From assembly GCF_009914755.1 (NCBI RefSeq), contig NC_060933.1: a stretch of DNA of 64,000 nt, one strand, 5' to 3'. The notes under the pieces are model-generated. The model did not search any database, had not been told where the DNA came from, and saw nothing but the letters and a program-made list of their open reading frames with translations. The translations under genes were made by a program, and so were the position numbers. Source of the DNA: the human T2T-CHM13v2.0 reference genome, Homo sapiens. Positions 43,788 to 57,208 of this stretch are shown one piece after another. Within the stretch, counting starts at the first letter, position 1. Each line of letters starts with the position of its first letter.

Positions 43788-43885
43788 TGATAAAAGACAA
43801 ACTTCAGCTGAGTTAAATTTAAAGGCGTTTAATTGCGCACTGAACGATTCCAATCCAGCAGCACCCAGAATCACAGCAGATTCAA
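43788..43885 (-). mobile_element. MER51/MER57-family LTR 3' terminal fragment
   Basis: AAAAGACAAACTTCAGCTGAGTTAAATTTAAAGG...CAGAATCACAGCAGATTCA matches the recalled antisense 3' end. Confidence 0.6.
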
Positions 43886-44529
43886 TAAAGTAAATGAGAT
43901 CACAGGGGCAATTAATGAACTGATGACCAGAAGTGAGGAATCACCCAAAGCAAAGAACAGAGCATTAGAGAGCTGAAATTTATGAAATTTTATGTTTAGT
44001 AAGAAAGTCCAAATCACCCTGTTTAAATATTCCATTTATTTTGTACAAGATCCATGATGAATAGTGTCCAAAAGTCCATCCTTAACACAGTTGTCCATAA
44101 TCTTTTTAAGCCTGACATTGTACTTCTCTGATCAAAGCACTACAGTTTCACCCCAATAAAAAGCAAAGTTATAACATTCTATAATATCCATAAGATTGAG
44201 TAATCTCCCTTACCTTTTTGACTTCATCTTATACTTCTTTCCGTATACTTATCAAGCTCAAACCACTTTGGACTTCCTACCTCGGGATACTTTTTCCCAA
44301 CAAGCTACATAGCTCATTTACTGCTTCAAGTCTTCCCTCAAATGTCATCCTTCTCCTAATTCCTTCAGTGACTACACTGCTTAAAGTGATAACCCACTCC
44401 TTTCCCATGCTTCACATTTCCAATCCCCTTCATCCTATGTATTATTTTTTGCAAGCACGTATAAACTGTGCTGGGTTACATTATCCTTTAAATGTTTTTA
44501 AATCCCCCTGCCTCCATGTGAGTATATGC

Positions 44530-44960
44530 TTTTCTGCCCTTGACTTTGTGTGTGGTAATATGAGAATTATTTCAGAATAAGCATGTATTTGGGACCATGT
44601 GATATGCTTCGGCCAATAGATGATGTTAACAGATGGAATTAAGCAGAAGTTTTAAATTTTTTGCACAGTGGAGCTTGTCTTTAGCTGCTGTGCAATCTCC
44701 ATCCCAAGAATATGTACCTGAGAGCTTGTTGGTTTCAGGACCGTGGGAGACATGAGGAATGGATCTGGATGCGACTTGCAGATTGAAGCCAATCCCAGCT
44801 GAGCATAATGCAAATCAGTTGTCCCTCAGCTAACTCATGCACATAAACGAATTCAGGTGAGAGCATCAGAACCCCCGTTTAGACTCATAGACACATCAGA
44901 AGCAAAGGTTTAGTGTTGCCTGAGATTTGAGGATTAGGTATAATTATTGTGATGTCAGGT
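44530..44960 (+). mobile_element. Old MLT1-type MaLR LTR fragment
   Basis: GGACCATGTGATATGCTTCGGCCAATAG and TGTTGCCTGAGATTTGAGG motifs. Confidence 0.5.
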
Positions 44961-45181
44961 AACTTTACATCATATTTTACATATTATTATGTATTTTAGG
45001 TATTATTGATCTCACTTACCAGGATGCCTACACTACAAAGGCAGGATTTTTGGTTTTTTCATTTTGTTATAAATTGTGTATTCCAAGGACTTAGAATGGA
45101 TGAAACATGAGACACTGTAGTTTCTCAGAAAATATTTGTTGATTTTTGTTGTTGTTGTTTCCTCTTTCATTTGTTTCTTAC

Positions 45182-45306
45182 TTTTTTTTTTTTTTAATAG
45201 TGTCTCTCTATGTTGCCTAGGCTGGACTTGAGCTCCTGAGCTCAAGCAATCCTTCCACCTTAGTCTCCTGAGTAGCCAGAACTACAGGTATGCTACTGTA
45301 TCTGAC
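45182..45306 (-). mobile_element. FLAM/Alu monomer
   Basis: Poly(T) followed by a single Alu arm. Confidence 0.8.
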
Positions 45307-45319
45307 TTTGTTTTAAAGG

Positions 45320-45600
45320 GTTGGTTAATGGGTACAAAATACAGGTAGGTAGAAGAAGTAAGTCTAGTGTTCAGTAGCACAAGAGGGTGACTATAATTAA
45401 TTATAATTTTTGTATATTTCTAAATAACTTCAAGAGTGAAACTGTAATGTTTCTAACACAAAGAAATGATAAATGTTTAAGGTGACAGATATCCCAATTA
45501 CTCTAATTTGGTCATTACACATTGTATGCTTACATCAAAATATCACATATGCCCTATACATACGTACAAATATTATGTATCCATAAAAATTACCAATTAA
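45320..45600 (+). mobile_element. L1MA 3' end
   Basis: GGTTGGTTAATGGGTACAAAATACAG...CACAAAGAAATGATAAATGTTT. Confidence 0.75.
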
Positions 45601-45860
45601 TTTCTTAAATTTGTTATATGTATTAAAGATTATTTGAATGTCTGTATCCCGTCATATTAAATTATTCTAAGATGAGTATTTAATATAAAAAATAGATTCT
45701 ATTTTTAAATTCTACCAATAAGCCATTTGAAATTTAAATCTAAAATTTAAAATTGTATCAAACATTACGATAATTAGGTATATATATATATAAAACAAAA
45801 TGTGTCCAAAATGTATATACTAAATACTGAAAATAATCTAGGTAATTTTAAATCTATCTT

Positions 45861-45926
45861 TTTTTTAATTATACTTTAAGTTTTAGGTTACTGTGCACAA
45901 CGTGCAGGTTAGTTACATATGTATAC
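45861..45926 (-). mobile_element. Very short (66 bp) L1PA 3' tip
   Basis: TTATACTTTAAGTTTTAGG..TGTGCACAACGTGCAGGTTAGTTACATATGTATAC; TSD TAAATCTATCTT (45849-45860)/TAAATTTATCTT (45927-45938). Confidence 0.9.
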
Positions 45927-45959
45927 TAAATTTATCTTAAATAAATTTTTAATATAGAG

Positions 45960-46900
45960 ATTTTGAGCAACTTTTATCAAATTTAGCCCAAGGATATGTT
46001 GTTTTTGAGGTTACTGGAATGTTATTGTTTTAATAATGTTTATATTCTGCATATTGCTTATATGTGGGGATATAATATTTTTTCTATTTTGAGTTTGTAT
46101 ACAGCGAACATACATTTAATTCAAATTAACAGTCCATAATTGCTTTGAATTTGGGGGGCAAATACATTGTTTTATATCTTTATTTCTAATGATCTACATT
46201 ATTTTTCCCTAACATCATTCTGTCTACAATCTTCAGTATGATGTCAAACAAGAGAATTATTATTTTTAGGCCTAATTTTCTCCTTTCATATATTAATGAG
46301 AAGGTTTCAGTAATTCAGCATTAAGTCCAGTGTTTGCTGTAAATTCTTTGTAGATAATGTTTATCATGTTAAAGTTGATCTTTTATCATTCTAATTGGCT
46401 AAGGGCTTAAAATGAATGTATTGAACTTTATCAAATGCTTTCTCTGTCTCTTCATGTGGTCATATGATATTTTTTTTCTCTAAAATGTTGAGTTACAGTA
46501 TTAAAACATCTATTATAGAACATACTTGCATTTCTGTAATAAAATCCTTCTGTCATAATAATTATATGTATGTATATACACATGTACACATATGATCTTC
46601 ATATAATAAAATTGTTGGCTGAATTAATTTACTGTTATTTTTTAGAACTTTTGCATCTATGTTTATTAGTGCAATTTGCTTGTAAATTTTTTTTGTGAGG
46701 GTTAGGTTTCTAGATCACGCTGACTTCATAGAATAACTTGGAGAGGTTTTATTTCCCTGTCTGTGTGTGTGCGTTTTCCTTTTTTTTTCTTTTTTTTGAG
46801 AGAAGGGGAAGTCTTTACAGTATTTCTTTCTGAAATTTTAAAGAATTTTATCACAAAATGCATTTTGGCCTTGAGTTTTCTGTGCCGGGTTATTTTTTAA
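45960..46900 (-). mobile_element. Old L1M ORF2 fragment
   Basis: T-rich antisense ORF2 motifs (TCAAATGCTTTCTCTG, TTTTGCATCTATGTT); boundaries approximate. Confidence 0.55.
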
Positions 46901-47597
46901 AATCATCTTTATGAAGATATAATTTACATATAATAAAATAGACCCATTTTAATTATGCATTTAATGACTTTTGGACAAATGTATACACCTATTTTATCAC
47001 CACAAAATTAATGTATACAATATTTCCGTCAGCCTAAAAATGTTTCTCTCCATCCCTTGCCATATGATGAACAAAACAAGCCAGTTGCCAATGAACAGAT
47101 ACAGTATAAACCCATTCATTGGAAATTCCCAAATAGTCAAAACATAATCAAGTATCAGGAAAAAGTAATTTAATGGTTGCCTGGGTCAGTGTAGAGAAAT
47201 TGACTGTTATAATATTTTTAATGATGATTTCAATTTAGAAAATATCCCCAACTACCCAATGCTAAAAAAGAACACCAAATAAAATTTGACTATATTTTTA
47301 ATGAACAACTTTCATGTTTATATTATACATACAATGTGAGTATGGTTACATAAATTATTAGATACCTGAGTTTTGTTTCAAGCACTGTACTAGGCCCTCT
47401 ATGACATTATCACTCTTACTTCTCAAAGTAATTATACAAGATTCATGGTATGATTTTCCCAATAATGCCTGTAATGTAACTGAGGGTCGTTTAAATATCT
47501 TCTGTTAGATCATCCATCTGGTAAGTTGCAGGACAGTGACTAACACATAAGACTATGCTATTTATTATAATTTTACATGTTTACAGTAAAGTCATAT

Positions 47598-49831
47598 CGT
47601 ATTTGTTTGTTCTCATGCTACTAATGAAGACGTACCCAAGACTGGGTAATTTATAAATAAAAGAGGTTTAATGGACTCACAGTTCCATATGGCTGGGGAA
47701 ACCCTCACAATCATGGTGGAAGATGAAGGAAGAGCAAAGGGACTTCTTACATGGCGGCGGGTAAGAGAGCATGTGCAGGGGATCTCCCCTTTATAAAACC
47801 ATCAGCTCTCATAAGGCTTATTCACTATCCCGAGAATAGCATGGGAAAAACCTACCCCCCATGATTCAATTACCTCCCACTGGGCCCCCCTCCCATGACC
47901 CATGGGAATTATGGGAGCTACAATTCAAGATGAGATTTGGGTGGGGACACAGCCAAACCATATTATCCTGCACCTGGCCCCTCAAAAATCTAATATCCTC
48001 ACATTTCAAAACCAATCATGCCTTCCCAATAGTCCCTCAAAGTCTCAATTCATTTCAGCATTAACCCAAAAGTCTAGAGTCCAAAGTCTCATCTGTGACA
48101 AGACAAATCCTTTCCACTTATGAGCCTGTAAAATCAAAAGCAAGTTAGTTACTTCCTAGACACAATGGGGATTCAGGCATTGGGTAAATACAGCCATTCC
48201 GAATGGGAGAAATTGGCCAAAACAAAGGGGCTACAGGCCCCATGCAAGTCTGGAAACCAGTGGGGCAGTCAAATCTTAAAGCTCCAAAATGATCTCCTTT
48301 GACTCCACATCTCACATCCATTGTGTGCTGATGCAAGAGGTGGGCTCCCACGGTCTTGGGCAGCTCCACCCCTGTGGTTTGCAGGGTACAGCACCTCACC
48401 TGTCTGCTTTCAATGGTGGTCATCTTCTTACAGCTCCACTAGGCAGTGCTCCAGTTGGAACTCTGTGTGGGGACTCTGACCCAACCACATTTTTCTTCTG
48501 CACTGCCCTGGCAGAGGTTCTCCATGAGAACTCTGCTTCTGCAGCAGACTTCTGCCTGGACATCCAGGCATTTCCATACACCCTCTGAAATCTAGGTGGA
48601 GGTCCCCAAACCTCAATTCTTGACTTCTGTGCACCCACAGGTTCAACACCACATGGAAGCTGCCAAGACTAGGGGCTTGCACCCTTTAAATCCATGGCTC
48701 AAGCTGTACCTTGGCCCCTTTTAGCCATGACTGGAGTGGCTGAGATGCAGGGCACCAAGTCCCTAGGCTGCACACAGCAAGGGGGCTCTGGACCTGGCCC
48801 AAGAAACCATTTTTACCTCTTAGGTGTCCAGACTCATGAAGGGAGGGGCTGCTGTGAAAATTTCTGACGTATCCTGGAGACATGTTCCCCATTTTCTTGG
48901 TGATTACATTTGGCTCCTTGTTACTTATGCAAATTTCTGCAGTTGGCTTGCATTTCTCCCTAGAAAATGGGTTTTTCTTTTCTATTGCATTTTTAGGCTG
49001 CAAATTTTCCAAACTTTTACCCTCTGCTTCCTCTTGAATTATTTTCCACTTAGAAATTTCTTCCGCCAATACCCTACCTCTCTCAAGTTCAGAGTTCCAT
49101 AGATCTCTAGGGCAGGGCCAAAATGATGCCAGTCTCTTTGTATAGCAAGAGTGATATTTACTCCAGTTCCCGAAAAACTCCTCATCTCCATCTGAGACCA
49201 CCTCAGCCTGAATTTTATTGTTCATATCACTATCAGCATTTTGGTCAAAGCCGTTCAATAAGTCTCTAGGAAGTTCCAAACTTTCCCACATCTTCCTGTT
49301 TTCTGTGTCCTCCAAGTCTCTAGGAAGTTCCAAAGTTTCCCACATTTTCCTGTCTTCTTCTGAGCCCTCTAAACTGTTCCAACCTCTGCCTGTTACCAGG
49401 TTCCAAAGTTGCTCCCACATTTTCGGGTGTCTTTACAGCAGTGCTCCACTACACGGTACAAATTTACTATATTAGTTCATTCTCATGCTGCTAATAAAGA
49501 CACACCCAAGACTCAGTGATTTCTAAAGGAAAGAGGTTTAGTGGGCTCACAGTTCCACATGCCTGAGTAAGCCTCACAATCATGGTGGAAGATGAAGGAA
49601 GAGCAAAGTCACTTCTTACATGGCAAGGGGCAAGAGAGCTTGTGCAGGGGAACTCCCCTTTATAAAACCATCAGATCTTGTGAGACTTATTCACTATCAC
49701 AAGAAGAGCATGAGAAAAGCCTGCCCTCATGATTCAATTACCACCCACCAGGTCCCTCCCACAACATGTGGGGATTATGGGAGCAACAATTCAAGATGAG
49801 ATTTGGGTGGGGACATGGCCAAACCATATCA
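47598..49831 (-). mobile_element. Complete MaLR provirus, THE1C-like (LTR 47598-47965, internal, LTR 49468-49831)
   Basis: Two ~365-bp LTRs flank a THE1 internal region; perfect TSD CATAT at 47593-47597 and 49832-49836; the 244-aa minus ORF is the MaLR internal ORF remnant. Confidence 0.92.
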
Positions 49832-50973
49832 CATATAAAGGTATGTATTATCTCTTGATAGCATCTGTCAGCATTTCTCTTTGAGTAGGGTCCATTTTGT
49901 CCAGGAATATATTCTCATTAGATAATTCCATTGACTTTCTAGAGTGAGCATCTAAGAATATGTACTAAATTACAAGACAAATGTCATGTGTGAATTCATG
50001 TCTGTGTGTGCATGATAAAGAGTGGGAGAAAAACAAGAGAGAGTAAAAAAGAAGGAAGGAGAAGCAGAACACTAGAGGGAATGGAAAGATGCTAAGAGGG
50101 AAGTATTTACACCATTCTGAGGCATGGTATAGGACTAGGACCCAAACTTGGACAGGGATCTGTGAGCTGGCAGCAAGGCTATGGCCAGGCTAACAGACTA
50201 AGTCTGTCTGGCTTATTCCTCTCTGCCTTCTCATAGCAGTAACTGGTTAATAACTTGATCTAATGAACAATGCCTGTACAGAAGGAAATTGTAGCTATTA
50301 TTGTAGAAATTCTTCTAACCTGACCCAGGCAAGTGGCTCAAGGCAGGCACCCGGGAAAGGTCCCTGGCCATGCTGATAACTCAAAACATATGCCTGACTT
50401 AGCAACTGAATTCATTGGAATTTAATTACTCAACATGATTGTATACTGACAGCAAACTCATTATTGGAAGGATTGATTATTACTATGCAAACATTTTTAT
50501 TATTCATTTATTGAAAACTTGGGCATACTTCCCAGACTAGAATTGCATCTTCCACTTCTTTTCACTTCATTACCTTTTTAGTTGAATATGTTTAACTTTC
50601 CGAGGTGGTTATTTTGACTCATGTCATACTTTAATATAATTAAGCCATTAAAACTTATTCAGGAAACTGATGTTTTCTCAAATTAAAAAAAAAAATAAGC
50701 ACTGTGATATAAAACACAGGATAGTCCTGTCAGTTCTTCTCTGACAACTCAGCTCAGTCATTTGCTTTTTGGCTCAAAGATCTTTATACGAACTGGCTTG
50801 TTATCTTATTTCTTAAGGCAGACTCGAAAGGCAGTAATTTGGTATAATAAATTAGCTGTTAAAATGTGAGGCATAGGCCTTGATATAAAAATTTAGTGAG
50901 TAAATGAGGAGGTGATTGAAATGGCTGTAGGTTGCCTTATTTATCTAGTGTTTTAAGCTTGAGATGGCATTGA

Positions 50974-51288
<315 letters not shown>

Positions 51289-52519
51289 ACTCATTTTCTT
51301 AAAATAATAGTCTTTGCCTTCAAGAAAACATCAATAAGTGCCTTCAAACAAAAATCCATTAAACTCTCATAAACATTTCGTATCATTTTATGTTTTCATG
51401 AATATATGCAGAAAAAAATTTCTTTTACTATTAAATTGCTGCACAAATAATTGCAGTTTTTCCCAATTTTTTAGGCAAAACCAGCTATTATTTTTGCACC
51501 AGCCTAATAATAAACTTCTTATTTAAGCATCATTCATTCCTAACAGTGAGTTCACAATGCAAGTTTCAGGCAGGTATTTTAGTTGAAAAGTAAGGTGTCT
51601 TCAAATAATATAAAAAAGATTGATTCTCCACCATTCCATAGATCACTGTCTGTTTTTTGCACACCTATGGTTCAGGAGGATATTTGGAAAGTTTAAAATT
51701 CTTGGAGTTTGATGAACACTTAAGATTCATGGATGATTAAATCTTTCTTTATCTTACATATCTCTGTATTATCATTTTTGAGGAGTCACCACTCCCTGGA
51801 CAAGCCTGGATGGTGATTTTGGAACTTGATTCTAAAGATATTTCAGATTTCAATATTTCAACAGCATTGGAAGCTATTGTGATAAAATAGTTCATGCCTC
51901 TTACATGTTTACTTTTTATGAAAAGTAACAAGGACATTGTGTTTTCCAATCAGGATAGGAGAAACAAAATAAATAAACAAACACCATATATAGTTGTGGA
52001 GGTGCAAGCTTGAAACGCCTTTGATTCTTAGAGATCCTTTCATGTTTATTTCAGAGAAACTTGCAAACTGTGAATGTTATTTAAGCTAAATCCAAAAAAA
52101 TAGTTTGGATTCTGGCATATATAAAACAGCCCCTCAGAATATTCCTTTCTTTTTCCAATATCACTCCGAAGCCTGATAGAGATTGAACATTGGTAAGAAG
52201 ACATATCACAACCCTGAAATGATGCAATTTAAAATATAGTTATCAGATTTGTAGAAATCTACTGTCGGGACCTCAGCCTATAAGATAGACTATAGAAAGG
52301 TATACACACACTTGTGGAAGACGAATATAGCCTAAAAGAGAGACAGAGAAAAAAGGGCAGATGCAATAACTGAAAATAGCTTCTGCAAAAATGACAAAAA
52401 AAATATGAAGCCACAACTACAAAAGTTCTATGAACCACATGGGGAGAAAAAAAATGAAAAAACAAATCTCCATTTAGTTACATAAAAGTAAAATTACTGA
52501 AAAATAAAGGGTTTAACTT

Positions 52520-52800
52520 AAAACATGGTCATAGAAAACAGACAAACCTATAGAGACACATAATAGGGTATTCCTAAAAACGAGGAGGGCAGGCTTTGGG
52601 TAATGGAGAGTGACTGTAAGTGGATATAGGAATTTTCTTACCAGGGGACAAAAGTCTTTGAAAATTACATTGTGGTAATGTTCACACAATCCTTGGAAAA
52701 TACTAAATCATTGTATTAAATGCTTTAAAATGTTGAACTGTGTGGATGGTATGGGAATTGTATCTCCGCACCCGGCCATATCTCAAGAACTCTTAAAATT
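52520..52800 (+). mobile_element. L1M (MB/ME-type) 3' end
   Basis: ATAGAGACAC, GGAGAGTGACTG, TACTAAATCATTG..TTTAAAATGTTGAA..GAATTGTATCTC motifs. Confidence 0.65.
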
Positions 52801-52930
52801 TGTAACAGAAACAGTAGAAGCTTAATTCACAATGACCAAGGGGGTGTTACCATAAACACATTGACACACACATATACACACACACACCACAAACACACAC
52901 ACACATACCTTTTTTCTTTCTCTCTCTCTC

Positions 52931-53235
52931 TTTTTTTTTTTTTTTTTTTTTTTTTGAGACAGAGTCTCACTCTATCACCCACGGTGGAATGCAGTGGTGA
53001 TCTCGGCTCACTGCAACCTTCCTCTCCTGGGTTCAAGCAATTCTCCTAACTCAGCCTCCCAAGTAGCTGGGAATACAGGTGTGTACCACCTCACTAGGCT
53101 AATTTTTGTATTTTTAGTAGAGACGGGGTTTGTCCATGTTGGCCAGGCTGGTCTCGAACTCCAGACCTCAGGCGAATCACGCACCTTGGCTTCCCAAAGT
53201 GCTGGGATTACAGGCATGAGCCACCATGCCCAGTC
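52931..53235 (-). mobile_element. Alu, AluSx-like, preceded by (CA)n and (CT)n tracts
   Basis: Full dimer with a long poly(T). Confidence 0.93.
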
Positions 53236-54390
53236 TGCTATTTGTTTTTTAATGGTTAAATTTTTTAAAATATACACATCTGCAAACAGTTGCCAGGTTG
53301 ACAACTATCACAAATATGTTTGCAGGCATTTCCATATGCCAAAAGCGATTTGCTTAAAAACAAAGGTGCTGGAGCAGCAGTGATAACAACATCTTATATT
53401 GCTAACAATGATATAGATCTTTGATATTAAAGCAAGGGGGTGAAGACAATTCACGGGAAACAAAGGAAGACATTACGTATTCCCATAGCAATACACAATG
53501 AGATAAGAACAGGTGGAAGGAAATATTAGAGTGAATAAAGGAAGGGAAGAAAGAAATAAAACAAAACACAGAGTGAAGAAAGTCAACTTTTACTGGCATG
53601 GTACTAATATGTCACTATGTAGTAGCAGTGTCAAGGATAGGTGAAACACTTCCAACACCTGCATTAAGTTAAGGCCCTGCTAAGCAAGTTGAAATGTAAA
53701 ACTACAAGGTCCTCAGAGTATTGTGAGCATGTTTATGGTGCATTAGCACCACATTGTTTAGCACAGGTGTTCCAGTAATTGTGGAATACTGGGAAAATGC
53801 ACAGCGTTCCATTCATCTTCATCATATCCCAAGGTGATACAACAATAGCAATTTAGCACCTGCTAGAGCAATTTGGCATCTGTGGTATTTACCAAAGTGT
53901 TTGATCTTAAAGGTTGGAAGTGTTATTTTGTACTTCCATACGTGCTGGGGAATTATCAAGCACTTGGCAATACCAAATGCATTGTAAAACTCTTAGTGAA
54001 AGTTATAAAAGCAAACTTAATGAAATGTAGTGAATAAAAATTTTATAAAAGTGGCAGATTAGATTATTTTTACACGCCTTCTCTCCATCAAGAAGAGCAT
54101 TTTCTCTGACCACCAGGGAGAACTTGCTTGACAATATAACTTAAATGTTTACAAAGAAAGAAACGACGTGGAATATAATTGTCCTAATATTTTCTGAAAT
54201 GGACTTTTTAACTGTGCTGCTGACTGCAGAGCATCAAATATATTAGGATAAATAGTTCTTTCTCTTCTATATTTCAAACTGATTTTGAAATATGAGCAAG
54301 TTAGCAATTGCCAAGAAAAGATAACCAAATGTTTCTCATCTGAAAAAAAAAAGTTGGACATAGATGGTAGATAAAGCTAGCTAGCTTGCC

Positions 54391-54434
<44 letters not shown>
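54391..54434. repeat. (AGAT)11 tetranucleotide STR
   Basis: 11 perfect units. Confidence 0.95.
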
Positions 54435-54435
<1 letters not shown>

Positions 54436-54561
54436 TCAATGAAATGTCTTTGTCTTAAAATCTTACTAACATGGGAACAAGGCCATTGAGAAGTAGACCC
54501 ATTAAGGAACAAACAAGGAATGAAAGGTTCTACATTTTTTTCACAAACTGTTTAAGATGAC

Positions 54562-55024
54562 TGTGATGGTTAATACTGAGTGTCAACTTGATTGGATTCA
54601 GGGATACAAAGTATTGATCATAGGTGTGTCTGTGTGGGTGTTGCCAAAAGAGATTAATATTTGAGTCAGTGTGCTGGGGAAGGCAGATCCACCCTTAATC
54701 AGGTGGGTACAATATAATCAGTTTCCAGTGAATATAAATCAGGCAGAAAAATGTGAAAAGGAGAGACAGGCCTTCCTGCCCTCGAACATAGGACACCAAG
54801 TTCTTCAGTTTTGGGACTCAGACTGGCTCTCCTTGCTCCTCAGCTTGCAGACAGCCTATTGTGGGACCTTGTGATCATGTAAGTTAATACTTAATAAACT
54901 CCCCTTTATACATATATACACACACACACATATATATATATACATATATATATACACACACACATATATATATACACATATATATATCCTATTAATTCTG
55001 TCTAAAAGAACCCCGACTAATACA
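54562..55024 (+). mobile_element. MLT2A1-like HERV-L solo LTR
   Basis: TGTGATGGTTAATACTGAGTGTCAACTTGATTGG...GACTAATACA; internal (TA/CA)n; TSD ATGAC at 54557-54561 and 55025-55029. Confidence 0.92.
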
Positions 55025-55299
55025 ATGACTAATCTAATATTTGGCATAGAGAGTCTTAGATTTAAAATATCTCCTATGGATATAGACAGTAAAATCTAAG
55101 TATAGAAAATAGAGAAAAAATTAAGAAAATTATTCTAAAGGAAGAATTAGAAAAAAATTAAATATTAGAAAACACTGGTAAGATAAATAAAAATGTGAAT
55201 CAGGCATATTTTATATCCAGCAGTTCCTGGTAACATTTTAACGAAAAGATGATAATGTATTTATATGCTTTTCTCTACCTTAAAACAACAATAATGCTT

Positions 55300-56344
55300 C
55301 ATTTTTATATTTTTACAGATTTAGGAAATATAAGCACAATTTTGTTATATGGATATACTGGGTACTAGTGAAGTCTGGGCTTGTAGTTTAACACCTAAAT
55401 AGTGTACATTGTACCTATTAGGTAATTTCTCATCCTTCACTCCTCTCCCACTCTTCTACCTTTTGAGGTCTCCAATGTTCATAATTCCACATAATGTATA
55501 CACATTATTTAGCTCCCCCTTATAAGTGATATAATGTAACATTTGACTTTGTTTTTGAGTTATATCACTTAAGATAATAGCTTCCAGTTCCATCCATGTT
55601 TCTGCAAAAGACATGATATTATTATTTTTATGGCTGACTAGTATTTTATATATATGTGTGTGTATATATATAAAATAAAATATGTATATATATTATATAG
55701 ATAATAAAAAATATATATTATATATAATATTTTCTTTATCCAATCATCTGTTGGTGGACACTTAGGTTGATTCCATATGTTTGTTACTGTGAATAGTGCT
55801 GTGATAAATATACAAATGCAAATATCTTTTTGATATAATAATTTCTTTCCCTTTGGATAGATATCCAGTGGTAGGATTGTTGGATCAAATGCTGGTTCTA
55901 CTTTAAATTCTTTGAGAAATCTCCATACTGTTTTTCATAAGGTTTATACTAATTTACATTACCACCAACAGTGTAAAAGTTTTCCCATTTTTCTGCATTC
56001 TTGCCAATATCTGTTTTTTTTGTTTTGTTTTTTTTGTTTTTTTTTTTTGAGTAATAACCACTTTGTCAGATGTAAGGTTGTATCTCATTACACTTAATTT
56101 GCATTTCTCTGGTGATTAGTGATGGTGAACATTTTTTCATATGCCTCTTTGCCTTTTGATTGCCATTTGTATGTCTTCTTTCGAAAAATCTCTCTCCATG
56201 TCTTTTACTCACTTTTTATTGGGGTTGTTTTACTCTTGTTGAGTTTTGTTTGAGTTCCTTGTAAATTCTCGATATTAGTCCTTTGTTGGATACATAGCTT
56301 GCAAGTATTTTCTCCCATTCTGTAGGTTGTCTATTCACTCTGTT
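55300..56344 (-). mobile_element. 5'-truncated L1PB4-like 3' end
   Basis: Minus-strand peptide [33 protein letters not shown]; L1PB-type 3'UTR. Confidence 0.85.
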
Positions 56345-57208
56345 AAAACACAATAGTTTAGAGCAATTATGTGCCAAATTCATGACTTGTCTAGCAATTA
56401 CTGCTTCTCCCCCCAGAAAGAATTGAAGAACACTATCAAGGGAAAATACCCTCCACATTGTATTCAAGATTAAGATATAGTTGTTGTTTGATAAATATTT
56501 GTAAAACAAGCTTGTTTCTTGAAAATTATATAGATGTTGAAGGTATAATAGGTACATCTGTTTTTGTCAGAGGTACAGGAAAATGCTCTAGAACTTTTAA
56601 AACTGAATACACCAAACAACATGTTCAGTAAATATTAAGCAAAATTTGTCAGAAATACAAAGAATTCTTAACTAAAAAATACTTATGCTAGAACATGTCA
56701 ACTCCCTGTATGAGAGAGTAAACAGTCTTTATCAGGCTCATGGAAAATTTATTTAAAATGTTAAAAGTATATCTAAGAAAAATATAAACATATTTAATAA
56801 AGATATACATACAGACAGCAGTCTCTGATTGTAATGTTATTCCTGTTTAATCTTTTGGTCAAAGTGTAAATCAAAACCCAAAACTTTATACTACTGGAAA
56901 AGTAATGAAAAAGGAGAACTAATTCTGTTGGGCATAGTAAAAGCTATCCTCAGAGGAACATTTATAGCCATAACATTTCCATTATTAAAGGCATGTATAA
57001 GTAAATAAATAAATGTAAGTTATATTAATTTTTCTGGATAATGTGCTATAGATTATATGATAATATTCCCAATTTCTTTGACCTTTACAACAATTTTGTA
57101 TATTTGAGTAGATAGCAAGATGCATCAGCAGAAGACCAAAATGAGCTACTGAAAATTGACACGTAATCAACCACAAAACAAAGTGATTATCTTAAAGGAT
57201 AAAGAGAA

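Noticed and set aside
48686-49420. 244-aa ORF as a domesticated gene
   Set aside because: It is the ordinary THE1 internal ORF remnant, starts at GTG and drifts out of frame
51749-51949. Minus-strand 66-aa ORF ending at a donor-like GTAAGA
   Set aside because: No convincing acceptor AG after the upstream pyrimidine tract and no recognisable protein; would need RNA evidence
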